Of a stretch of DNA of 64,000 nucleotides, positions 51,278-63,050 are shown piece after piece. The position numbers and the translations under genes are program-made. This DNA comes from Felis catus (Eukaryota). Where the stretch lies: assembly GCF_018350175.1 (NCBI RefSeq), contig NC_058373.1, positions 107,820,001 through 107,884,000 on the forward strand, in the 5' to 3' direction. The notes beneath the pieces were generated by a model. The model did not search any database, was not told where the DNA came from, and worked only from the letters and a program-made list of their open reading frames with translations. Each line of letters begins with the position of its first letter. Within the stretch, counting starts at the first letter, position 1.

Positions 51278-51874
51278 AATTGGCTTAAGGTTTTAAATCG
51301 GTTTGGTTTACTTTAGTCTCTGGTGTGGATTACTGCCATCACATAAATACAGAAACCATTGAGCTGGAAATAGGTCCAACAAAGGTTACCACTGATATAT
51401 GTATCAGTTTATACAAGACATTATCTAGTAGGTGGTTTTGTGAGTGACCCAGGGATATAATTGGCGTGTTTTGAAAAGGGAATGGTTTCCCAGAATGCTC
51501 TCTTCCCCACAGTGTCCTGATAAATGGCTGCATTTCCTGATCTGTGCCCTTTTGCCACCTTTTATCATGAAAATATACAACCAATTTTAGGAATATGAAA
51601 ACTAAACACTATAAGATTGGTAGGTTAATAGCTAGGAGTTGCAGAAGATACTCTTACCTTTATACATTATGGTGTATGTTTTGTTTCTATATGTGTGTTC
51701 TCTGTTTAATCATGACAAACCAGTCCTGGGACCTGGGTCTCTCCTGGCCTTATCTTGAGAGAACTTAGGGAATCTCATAACATTTCTCCTCTGTATGAAA
51801 CCTTTTAGTGCCTTCCTATGATCTGTGAAAGTCCAGCCCCTTCTTCCCGTACAGGTTTGATAGTAACTTTCCTT

Positions 51875-52079
51875 TAAATTTTTTTTCTTGATGTTTATTT
51901 ATTATTGAGAGAGCATGAGCATGGGAGGGGTAGAGAGAGGAGACACAGAATCCGAAGCGGGCTTCAGGCTCTGAGCTGTCAGCACAGAGCCTGACGCGGG
52001 CTTCGAACCCACAAACCACGAGATCATGACCTGAGCCGAAGTCGGACACTCAACCGCGACTGAGCCACCCAGGCGCCCC
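51875..52079 (-). mobile_element. CanSINE
   Basis: TSD agtaacYttccttt. Confidence 0.93.
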
Positions 52080-54702
52080 AGTAACCTTCCTTTTAAATCT
52101 CATCTCCTACTAGTCATTCATACTCTCTGTAATTTAGCAATAGTCAACTACTTGTAGGTACAGGAATCTGGCAAGCTCTTTTATACTTCTGTTTACTTTT
52201 TCATGTGAGCGTGATTTTATCCATTCATTCATTTATTGCTGTTTATATGCTGGACATGGGAAATACCCTAACCCCCCACCCCCACCCCGCACACACCCCT
52301 AGTTCACAGTCTAAACAGGTAAATGTGAATCTATGTGATAAGACCTTTGGTGTTGATGCTGGGGTTACTTAAGGAGGACAGTCGAACCCTGACTTGAATA
52401 AGGTTAAGTAAAGCAAGTCCTGAAATCATTTTAGTTGGGGGTAGGGTGAGAGAGGAAGGAGAGGAGAGAGGAGGGCAGAGATTAGGGCAGCCGTGGACCC
52501 CAGGGCCAGGCGGGGATGGATGAGTGATGGGGTTTTGATGGGGGCAAGGTCAGCTGCAGGTGTGCTAGTTTGCCCTGAGCCCCGAATGCAGCCAGTGAAT
52601 GCCTTTTAAGCAGGAGAGTGTCAGAATGTGAATGACTCACAGAGACTTCCCTTGGGCATTTCTTCTGCTGTTCAGGCTGTAGAGTCAGGTCGGGCATCAC
52701 CTCTTCTGTGTGTGCTCTTGATTCCCCAGCACCATCTGGGCTTCCTCCCCCTAGACATGCAGACACAGAGATAGGGCAACTATTGCGTTTGTATTTGAAT
52801 TGTTTATTTGTGTGTCCTTCCTGCTGGGCCACTGGTTCTTAGAGTTTCAAGTGCAGATTCTTGGTCTCCAGATATTCCAATTTAGTGTGGAATAGAGTCT
52901 GCTATAAACGTTTGATTTAATAAGTGAATGAAGTTGCCCAAATTTAGGTATGAAAATAGTGTTTAAGCCTAAATTAAAGCTCACAAATGATTCCGACGCC
53001 AGGTCCTTTTAAAGATCACTACACCACAGGTGCCTCAATGAGACGGCCTTTGAGAAGCAGGCAATCCCACTGAACCATAGCATTCTAGACACCCTGAAAT
53101 GGTAACAAGGGATCTTTAAGTTGTATTTATAATTTTCAGTTGCATGTTAGTGTCATGTGTAAGGATATCACTGATGGGTATAGATGCTCATTATGATAGA
53201 TTCTGGGAGGATATAAAACTATAAAATCTTACTCTCTAAGAAATTTGTTCCACTTGAGAGAAAAGGCAAAAATATGTAGGCAATTGAATAACTGTGCAAG
53301 ACTGTGAAGGCTGCACAGAGTGCTGCTTGTGGACGAGCATTAGAAATTTGCTCCTCCTTTGCAGGTCTGCAGACAGCTTCGGGTGAGGAAGTACTTTTTT
53401 GAGGATTGGGTTTAAGAAGGTGAGAAGCCATTCCTGGTGAGGGGAGTGACCTGGGCAGAGTCTGGTAGGAGGAAGGGCCCTGAGTGGTGAAGATCCCAGT
53501 GTGACTAGAGCACAGGTTTGTGTTGGGGAGGCGTTGGTGGTTAACCTGGAAGGGGAGGTTGGTCTAGGCTCCAGAAGGCTGGCCTTCAGTGAAAGGCTGG
53601 GGCTATACTAAGCTTGGGGATATGTGGCCATGTGGTACTTTTTAGTTCCAGGCAACTTCAGCTCTTTAAAAGTTTGTTGTCCTTATCTCTAACTCCATTC
53701 ACCTTCTTAACCAAAGTCATGAATTTCTGAATCTAAGGTAATGATCCTGCACTCTTCTTTTTTGGAGAGCACTGATCACACCCCTGAGTTCCAGGTCAGT
53801 GGAAGACAGACCAAGATGCATCCTGGGACAGTTTCGTTTGGCTTTTTCACAGGGAAGAATGCTTTCTTGTCTCTGCCTGTTCCGTGTGCGTATGCCCCAC
53901 ACACACCGTCAAGCTGTCACTTTCCCTGTTGTGCAATGCATTTGCCAGTGCCTTCAATAAAAACATTTTAAAAAAAAATCAAGACTCTGATTTCCTTGTT
54001 TATTAATCTAAAACACCAGACACATGATCTAGAATAAGCTTTCAGTTCATAATGACCCTGTCATTGCTGAAGCCAGATTCGTAGCTCTTTCACAAGCCTG
54101 GGCAAACAGTCTCACTAAGAATGTTTTCATCAAAGGTGTCTCTTCTTAATAACCCTTTGATCCAGGGTAATTCCTTTATCGTCTTAGATGGTAATTTGCC
54201 CCAAGGAAGTCCAAGAGGCTTCCCATGAAGACTTGTTTTGTTTAGAGTTCGACACAAATACTGGAAGAAGAAAGCCTTCTAGTACTATTATTTATATAGT
54301 TTTAAGTAGAAAGCTAGAGCTTGTTTAAAAATAAGTTTTTCTGTTCAGTCATTTACCTGCAGTTATAGTATGAAGCTTAAGTACCCGTTCTTGTGTTCTC
54401 AGGGGAATTCGCTCATACAGCCACAAGAAAATGTGGAAGGTTTTGTTTGTGGAAATTTGACTCTCATCTCTTATGCGTTATTGCTTCAGGAATGCACTTT
54501 ACCAAAGTGGATTAGGGACAGTTTGTAATGCGGAAATATAGGTAGTCACAAAAGGAGACCAGGCTCTCCTCTCTAAAATCCCCACCTTGTTACCAGTCTA
54601 CACCAGATGCTGAGAATCACTAAGCCTGTTTATTCTCTGATTTGAAGCTACAGCTGTTGGAGACCCTTACCAAAACAGGTTGTTTGAGAATTGATCCACT
54701 TT

Positions 54703-54929
54703 GGGGCGCCTGGGTGGCGCAGTCGGTTAAGTGTCCGACTTCAGCCAGGTCACGATCTCACGGTCCGTGGGTTCGAGCCCCGCGTCAGGCTCTGGGCTGA
54801 TGGCTCAGAGCCTGGAGCCTGTTTCGGATTCTGTGTCTCCCTCTCTCTCTGCCCCTCCCCCGTTCATGCTCTGTGTCGCTCTGTCCCAAAAATAAATTAA
54901 GAAAAAAAAAAAAAAGAAAAAAAAACGTT
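54703..54929 (+). mobile_element. Young felid CanSINE
   Basis: ggggcgcctgggtggcgcagtcgg...ttcagccaggtcacg. Perfect TSD ttgagaattgatccacttt. Confidence 0.96.
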
Positions 54930-55622
54930 GAGAATTGATCCACTTTATTTCCACGAATAGAGCATTAACCTGGCGCATTAACACCCAAAATGTGTCACCT
55001 GTGTGAGTGAGTGGGTGCTCTTTTTTGGGGAAAGAGAAAATTTCTGTGTCTATTGATTACAGAAAATGTTCCCCACTGGTTTGATTCTGAGATTCAATCA
55101 TTGCCTATAAAAGTAGAAGAATTGTTTTGCTAGCTAGCCTAGTTCCCTAAATATCTCTTGAAAATACCCCTTTTTCGGATTAACCTTTCAATGACAATAG
55201 TTTTTGCTTTTCTGCACAGATGGTTTAAAGAATTCTGAATGCCGTAGTTTACATCCCGCCACCACCTTATCCGGAGTTCCACATTCAAGGCTAAAGGTTA
55301 AAAATAGTTCTTAAAGGACACAAAATTAAAGCAAGAGGGAATTATCTCATCATTGTTATAGAGAAGTCGCATAGTTCTACAGTGAGTATACAGTTGATGT
55401 GGAGAATAGAGTGAACCATGAAAAGCTTCATTCCTTACAGATCAAGTGCAACAGGCTCCTGTCTTCTCATTCGATACAAATACAAAACGGAGAAAAAGTA
55501 GACTTGAAGGCCAGACAGAGCACAGAGGCTCTTTAGACCTCTTTCATCAGTTACTACATCACATTAAGGAACTAATTGGTAAGCTTTTGGGCAGCCGCTC
55601 AAATAGAAACCTTTAGAACTAT

Positions 55623-55835
55623 GGGGTGGCTCAGTTGGTTAGGCGTCCAGCTTCTGTTCAGGTCATGATCTTGCGGTCTGTGAGTTCGAGCCCCGTGTCG
55701 GACTCTGTGCCGACCGCTCAGAGCCAGGAGCCTGCTTTGGGTGCTGTGTCTCCCTCTCTCTCTGCCCCTCCCCCACTTGTGCTCTGTCTCGCTTTGTCTC
55801 TCAAAAATAAATGTTAACTTTTTTTTTTTTTTTAA
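55623..55835 (+). mobile_element. CanSINE
   Basis: gggtggctcagttggttaggcgtcc... Diverged TSD agaaacctKtagaRct. Confidence 0.9.
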
Positions 55836-56595
55836 AGAAACCTGTAGAGCTGAATCGGCACTCTGTTTCTCAAGGGTAAATGGTGAAGGTTTATAAATGC
55901 TTCACAGGTAGAGGACCTGCTGGCATCCACTGTTTTTAATCTTGTGATCAAAGATGAATTTGAGGATTGTTTTTGTAATCCATACAACTAAGGATGCTAC
56001 TACTAAATGAGGAAGATGAGCAGTCACGCCCATTGATGATGTTTTCAGAGCCTCAGGGAATCCTGGAATATGTGTCCCTTGGACTTTGCTTTGCTTTGCT
56101 ATTGACTGACTGATTGCAGTGGCAGTTGCTAAAATCAAATGTATTTCAGTTAATAAAGAACTTGACTGTGATGTTAACCAGACCCATTCTAGAGAGGCCA
56201 GGAAAAAAAAAAAATCTCTGTGGCATGTGCTAGGAATTATAAAGGGAGACGAAGTAGAATCATTGTAATTTAGATTATTCTATTAAAATTCAAATTTAAC
56301 TGTATTATCTTACTCAGCTAAAGATTATATAAAAAACCTGGCAAAAATATGATTTTCTATGTTTGTTTAGCCAGAATATGCATGGAATTTTAAAACATAA
56401 GTCTGGATATTTCTCAACACCCCCTGCCCCACCAATACATATATATATATAAAAGGAAAAAATGAACTGTAACCTTTCTGAAACATTCTTTGTCTTATTC
56501 AGTTTGGACATGGTCTTGGTGAGAGTTCTCAGGTGAATCCCATGGAATTAATAGTAGAGGAATATATTTCTTAATAGGAAAAACAGTTGCTAACT

Positions 56596-56802
56596 TATTT
56601 TTTTTTTATGTTTATTTATTTACTCTTGGGAGAGACAGAGCACAAGTGGGAGAGGGAATGGGAAGGAGACACAGAATCTGAAGCAGGCTCTAGGCTCTGA
56701 GCTGTCAGCACAGAGCCGATGCAGGGCTCGAACCCACAAACTGCGAGTACATGACCTGGGCTGAAGTTGGACGCCTAACTGACTGAACCACCCAGGTGCC
56801 CC
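56596..56802 (-). mobile_element. CanSINE
   Basis: TSD aacagttgctaactt. Confidence 0.93.
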
Positions 56803-56859
56803 AACAGTTGCTAACTTCTTTCCAAAAATGAACAGCGTATACCAGAAAGTTGTGGTACA

Positions 56860-57130
56860 AATGGAAGACAAACAATTCAACTTTTAAAAAATGGGCAAAG
56901 GAACTGAACATGTTTTCAAAAGAAGAAATAGCTAATGTCCAATCAGCATGTAAAAACATGTTCAACGTTTTTAGGCAATAGAAAAGTACAAATTTAAACC
57001 ACAGTGAGATACCACTAAAATGGCTAAAATGGCAAAGACCAACCACCCTAAATGTTCATGAGACTGTGGAACACTCCAACTTTTCCTATTATTGGTGGGA
57101 TTGCAAAATGGTACAGCCGCTTTGAAAAAT
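56860..57130 (+). mobile_element. Old L1M ORF2-end fragment
   Basis: aaaaatgggcaaaggaactgaaca...aaaccacagtgagataccac...ttggtgggattgcaaaatggtacagccgctttgaaaaa. Confidence 0.75.
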
Positions 57131-57217
57131 GGTCTGAGATCCTAATGAGCAAAAAAGGATCTTAGAATGCTTTATCTCTACTCACCCTCCTCCTGGCTTA
57201 GGTACAATTGGTTGATA

Positions 57218-57280
57218 TTTTAATGTTTTATTTATTTTTGAGAGAGAGAGAAAGAGCAAGCAAGCAAGCAGGTGAGGGGC

Positions 57281-57311
<31 letters not shown>

Positions 57312-57423
57312 TGAAGCAGGCTCCAGGCTCCGAGCTGTCAGCACAGAGCCAATGAGGAGCTCGAACCCACAAACTGCGAGATCATGACCTGAGCTGAAGT
57401 CGGACACTTAACCAGGCGCCCCC
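57218..57423 (-). mobile_element. CanSINE
   Basis: TSD caattKgttgatatttta. Confidence 0.92.
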
Positions 57424-59396
57424 AATTTGTTGATATTTTAGATGTATTTTTTATTTTTCTTTTGAAGCTCCATTAACTAGACATTATTACTTATTTCATC
57501 ATTGTTTGTTTATATTTAGCTAAATGTGTATAATTTTTTTCCTCACCATTTTCTTCTGTTGCTCAGACATTCCTTGGAGGATCATTTTTCTCCCCTTCAG
57601 AGTAAATCCTTTAGAAGTTTATTTAGTGAAGGTATTTGATGGTGAGCTATCTCAGCACTCTTGAAACATCTTTCTTTTGCCCTCATTCTTGAAAACTACT
57701 TTCACTGGTAACATATTCTTAAGAGTTATAAAAAACTTCACTGTGCATTTAGCTCGGCTTTTTCCATTTGCAGAGAAGGCCTGCCACTGGGCACAGAAGG
57801 AATAATGACTGTGCCAGGGTCCCTGCTTCCGGTGACAAAGTGTGATTTCTTAGCCTGATACTGGAGATGCCCACTGTTCTGCTACATTTGTGTCCACTCC
57901 AGGGTCACATCGTCTGTCCTGCTACTCACTAGGAGTCTGTTGTGTTACAGAAGGTGGTTTTCTCGTTGCTTCCCAACACCCATATACATGGGCTTGTCAT
58001 TCTTCCCAGACAAAAAGTCCTCTCCTAATGTCTCTACTTGGTTTGAGCTCCACTCTTCTGTTAAGGCCTAAATTGAATGCCATCTCTGCTTTGGAGCCTT
58101 CCCTGACCACCCCAGCCCTCAGGTATCTTTTCCTACCCTTTGCTTCCCTAATACCCGGACATAGCACTTAGCCTTGGTGCCTTTCATCTCTGTGTCACTC
58201 GTTTCTCCAACTAGAATGTAAATCCATCTAGATCAGTGGTCTCCAAACTTTTTTTGATCACGTGGATGTCAGAGCTCCACATGCCCTCCAAATATATGTA
58301 TGTTTTCTTTTTCTTTTTTTAATTTATTGTCAAGTTAGCTAACATACAGTGTAGTCTTGGCTTCAGGAGTAGATTCCCGTGATTCATCACTGACATTATG
58401 TTTCTTCATAAAGTTTACGTATATGTAATACTGTGTATGTTATAAACACTATAAAGGATTACAGAATTGAAAAGAAGAGTATGAGAAGCACACAAATGGG
58501 AGTTCCAGTAGTTTCTTCCTGTACCTCAGAATAGCAACTCAAGAACCTTTGTGAAGTACTCTTACCCCTACCGCTTGGTGTTCTTGGCCCTAGTAAATAG
58601 TAGACAATTTGCTAAGTATTTGATGATGATGAGGCACCTACTAGGAGTTAGAGTAACCAAGTCAGAAGGTGAATATTAGGAGTTCCTTGAACCTTATGTT
58701 CTTTTAACTCTGGACATTGGTACATATGGCTGCTTCTTTTTGCAACATTTGTCCCCATTTTTCCTGATTCACCTCTTCTTCACTTGTTCTGAAGTTATAG
58801 CTTTATTGTGCTTCTTAAGAAAGGCCATCTCTGATTCTCCCACATCTGGGTAAGATTCCTGCCCACGCACACTCCCATGGAGATTTGTACTATGCATAGT
58901 AACAGTTGTTTACAATCTTCCTCCAATGTTAGACTTTCAATTGAAGATACTACTATACCTTGTTCACCATTGTACCCGTACCTCCCATCACAGCGTCCAG
59001 CACTTAATAAAGGTTCAAGACCTGTTGGATGCATAAGCATATGATAGAAAAAGAAGAAGTTGAGTGTTCCTAGAGCTTAGGACTAACGTCATTGCAAAAG
59101 ATAGCCTGCTATTTAACGTCCACAATAGAGCAGAATGCCACCTTGTCCCCAAAGTGATTTGTGAATGAAAGACAGCTGAGGGTCGAAAAGCCCTGTTCAC
59201 TCATTTTTTGGTGGGAACCCTAGCAGTTTGTTGAACTATTGTGTGTTTAAACTGTAAATAAACATTTACTAGATGATAAATGGCTGAATTAAAACAAATA
59301 TCTAGACTTTCGTTGGTGTGGCAGGTGAGCTGATACTAAATACTCCAGAAGATAGAGACATTTGTCACACCTTAGCCTGATATTTGAAGTATTCTT

Positions 59397-59621
59397 TTTT
59401 TTTTTTTAATTTTTTTTTCAATGTTTATTTATTTTTGGGACAGAGAGAGACAGAGCATGAACGGGGGAGGGGCAGAGAGAGAGGGAGACACAGAATCGGA
59501 AACAGGCTCCAGGCTCTGAGCCATCAGCCCAGAGCCTGACGCGGGGCTCGAACTCACGGACCACGAGATCATGACCTGGCTGAAGTCGGACGCTTAACCG
59601 ACTGCGCCACCCAGGCGCCCC
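59397..59621 (-). mobile_element. Young felid CanSINE
   Basis: Diagnostic acctggctgaagtcgg / actgcgccacc. TSD gaagtattctttt. Confidence 0.95.
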
Positions 59622-59632
59622 GAAGTATTCTT

Positions 59633-59860
59633 TTTTTTAAATATATTTGAAAAAAATTTTTTTTAATGCTTGTTTATTTTTGAGAGAGGGAGACAGGGAG
59701 GGGGGAGGGGCAGAGAGAGAGGCAGACACAGAATCCAAAGCAGGCTCCAGGTTCTGAGCGGTCAGGACAGAGCCCAACGCGGGGCTTGAACTCTCTGACC
59801 ACAAGATCATGATCTGAGCTGAAGTTGTATGCTTAATCAACTGAGCCACCCAGGCACCCC
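59633..59860 (-). mobile_element. Older CanSINE
   Basis: Ends ...ctgagccacccaggcacccc and is followed by gaagtgttctt. Confidence 0.92.
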
Positions 59861-60857
59861 GGAAGTGTTCTTACATACCTCTCTGACTTTCCTAGAAAAC
59901 TATGAACTCTTATTCACAATGTAGACTGGGTTATTAATCGTAGTCAATAAAGAACTCTTTGAGTGGGTTTTTTATTTTGTTTCCCTCTAATTTAAGGCAT
60001 AATATAATCATCAAAAAGCAAACAAATAAAAAAGCCAACCTAGTAGCCAAGATACACACTTGTAAATTGCTAGCCTCTGACAGGAAGTGACCATATGATA
60101 GAAATGACATTTGATTAAAGCAGCTGTCTCCTTGCCTTTTTTTTTTTTTTTTTAATGATCATAAAAAGCTGGCTGAGGTTCAAAGCCCTGGTGTTAGTGT
60201 TGCAGGAAATTGGGTTATGTGATAAAGGTATTTTACCTTTAGTCCTGGGTTTGGAATTAGTCTGTGTATAATGAGCAATGGCACAGTGGTTTTAAAAATC
60301 ATGTTGAGTCAGCAGCATGAGGGAGGTAGCATTGCTCTCATTCCAGCCATGTAGTTAGAGAAGGAAATGATTAGGCCTCATATTCCTCCTGGCTAATATC
60401 CTGTAAGGTTTTTCTAAAATCATAAAACCAGAACTTGAGGGCTTAGAAGAGACCTCAGAAATCTACTCGTGCAAAAGAGGGGAAAAAATTGAAAGGGAAA
60501 CGGAATAAACCAAGCTATGGGGCAGGATTCTTTTTAGTTCTCAGCAGGAAACACATGTTTATCTGGAAAAGATTTTGGGTGGACAGGTTGTTTGTATAAG
60601 AATTTTTGTGTGCGTGAGGAAGGAAGACCAACCTGAGCTTAGAGGCAGGGGTGGGGGTGGAGAAACCTGTCCCTATGCTTCAAGTGAATGAGAAAAAATG
60701 TAGAGATTTCAACCAGGGAAACCCTACTTTCACAGGGATTATCTGCTAATGCTGTTAGCTTATTTTTAAGTTTGTTGTGATGTATATTCGTTTTTATAAG
60801 ATAGAATGACCAAATGGTAATGTTAGTATTAATTGCTATAAAAACGAATAGCAACTC

Positions 60858-61045
60858 TTTTTTTAATGTTTATTTTTGAAAGAGCACAAGTGGAGAAGGG
60901 GCATGGGGTAGGGGGAGGCAGAGGATCTGAAGCGGGTTCTATACTCACAGTAGCCAGCTTGACACGGGGCTTGAACTCAAGAACCATGAGATACGACCTG
61001 AGTCAAAGTTGTCTGCTTAACCAACTGAGCCACCCACGTGCCCCA
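60858..61045 (-). mobile_element. Older CanSINE
   Basis: Diverged TSD atagYaact; ends ...actgagccacccacgtgcccc. Confidence 0.85.
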
Positions 61046-61084
61046 CACATAGTAACTTTTAAAAATTATGGACAGCGTATGTCC

Positions 61085-61735
61085 ATGCTAAAACCTGCAC
61101 ATTGGTGTGTATAGCAGCTTTATTCATCGTTGCCAAAACTTGGAAGCAACCAAGATGCCCTCCAGTAGGTGAACGGATAAATAAACTGTGGTCTATCCAG
61201 ACAATGGGATGTTATTCAGCACTAAAAAGAAATGAGCTATCACATCATGAAAAGACATGGAAGAATATTATGTGAAAGAAACCAATCTGAGAAAGCTATA
61301 TACTGTAGATTCCAACTGTGTGACCTTCTGGAAAAGGAAAACTCTGGAGACAATAGAAAGATCAGTGGTTGCCAGAGGTGGCGGCAGGAGGGGAGAGGGA
61401 GATGAATAGGCAGAGCACAGAAGATTCTTAGGACACTGAAAATACCGTGTACGATGTTCTAATAATGGATATATGTTGTTATACATTTGTCTAAACTCAT
61501 AGAATGTGCAACACCAAGAGTGAACCCTGAGGTAAACTATGGGCTTTGGGTGATTGTGATGTGTCATTGTAGGTTTGTCCTTGGTAAACAATGTACTGTT
61601 CTGGTGAGTGACGTGGATAATGGGAAAGGCTGTGCTTGTGTGGCATCAGGGAGTATATGGGAAACTTCCATCCCTTCCTCTCAATTTTATTGTAAATCTG
61701 AAACTACTCTGAATAACTAAAGTCTTTTAAGAAAT
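61085..61735 (+). mobile_element. L1MC1/2-like 3' end
   Basis: gcagctttattcatcgttgccaaaacttggaagcaaccaagatg...caacaccaagagtgaaccctgaggtaaactatgggctttgggtg...gtaaatctgaaactactct. Confidence 0.85.
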
Positions 61736-61876
61736 AAGATCGGAAAAGATGTTTTGGGTGAAAAGTAGCTGGCAAAACAGCATGCAGGGTACAACGCCAT
61801 TTACTGTATGTCTGAATGGTGTATATATTTGTCATGTTTCCCAAAATATTTACAGGAATTATTTGTACAGTAAGAC

Positions 61877-61980
61877 TTAAGATGATTTTTTATTTTTTTA
61901 TTGTCTTTGCATTTCCTTTTTTAAGATGATTTTTTATTTTTTTATTGTCTTTGCGTTTCCTTTTTTAAGATGATTTTTTT
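61877..61980. repeat. 44-bp tandem duplication (about 2.3 copies)
   Basis: The unit ttaagatgattttttatttttttattgtctttgcRtttcctttt starts at 61877, 61921 and 61965. Confidence 0.9.
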
Positions 61981-62467
61981 AAAAGAAACTTTTGTCTTTA
62001 GAGTTTTCTGTATCGTTTGTATTTTCTATAGTGTTCATATATTATCTTTATAAACAACAACAGCAAAAGAGCAAAAAGACATTTTATGTATTGTTCTCTG
62101 CACATTATGGTTTCATTGTCTTCTTGCGTTAAACTCAAAAGACTCTCAGGGAGACAGGAGAGATCATGAGTGAGATATTTGCTCCCCAGGTAAATTTAGT
62201 AATGCAGGATAAAAGAAAAATTGCCAGATAATTGGAAAATGCTAACATTTTTAAGCACATACAACCAAGGTACTTACTCTAACTTAAGCTTAGAGTTGAA
62301 GGTAATGCCATTTTGAGGTATTTTCCAGATAGTCAGGAGGACAGTGAGAGGCATAATGTGGGACGTGCTTTTACATAATCCAATATGAACTTGACGAAAC
62401 AAACACGTTTCCTCATCATCCTGAAACCCAGGGTGATCATCCACTCAGCAATGTTTAACTTTCATTA

Positions 62468-62535
62468 AAAACAAAACAAAACAAAACAAAACAAAACAAA
62501 ACAAAACAAAATAAAACAAAACAAAACAAAAACAA
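62468..62535. repeat. (AAAAC)n microsatellite
   Basis: aaaac run. Confidence 0.92.
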
Positions 62536-62889
62536 AAAACCCCTGAAGAATGAAGAACTGGCAGCTAGATGTCTATTTATGGATGAAATCCGTGTGGGTG
62601 GGAGGGGGAAATGAAATATTTGTAGAATCACAGCAACAGGGTAGAAATTCATACCATTTTGCAGAAAGGAATTGTAGGATCCTTGCTTTTGGTAATAGGG
62701 AGCAAGAGGGAATTTCTGTCATTAAATTATGTGTGCAGAAAGGAGTAGGCACAATAATAGTTGAAATTACTGTAAGAATTTTCTATCTATACTTCACCTC
62801 ATTCCACACAGAGTTTGAAGCAGGGTTAGAAGGTATATATGGCAGCAAAATACAAACAAGAAAGCAGGACAAGAGTAGTATAAATTCAT

Positions 62890-63050
62890 TCTGTGGCAGA
62901 TGCTATGGATGTCTTGTCCATATTTCCTCTCGGGTCAGAAAGGAAGGCTGGAAATACTAGAGAATTAATGCCCCCTGTCCCTGAAGCAGCCATCAATCAC
63001 TGATAGGTGGGAACTGGAGGCTAACTATTCCAGTTTTTCTGCCCCCTTGA
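62890..63050. mobile_element. LTR16-like ERVL LTR fragment
   Basis: tgtggcagatgctatggatg...agaattaatgccccc...gcagccatcaatcactgatagg. Confidence 0.45.
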
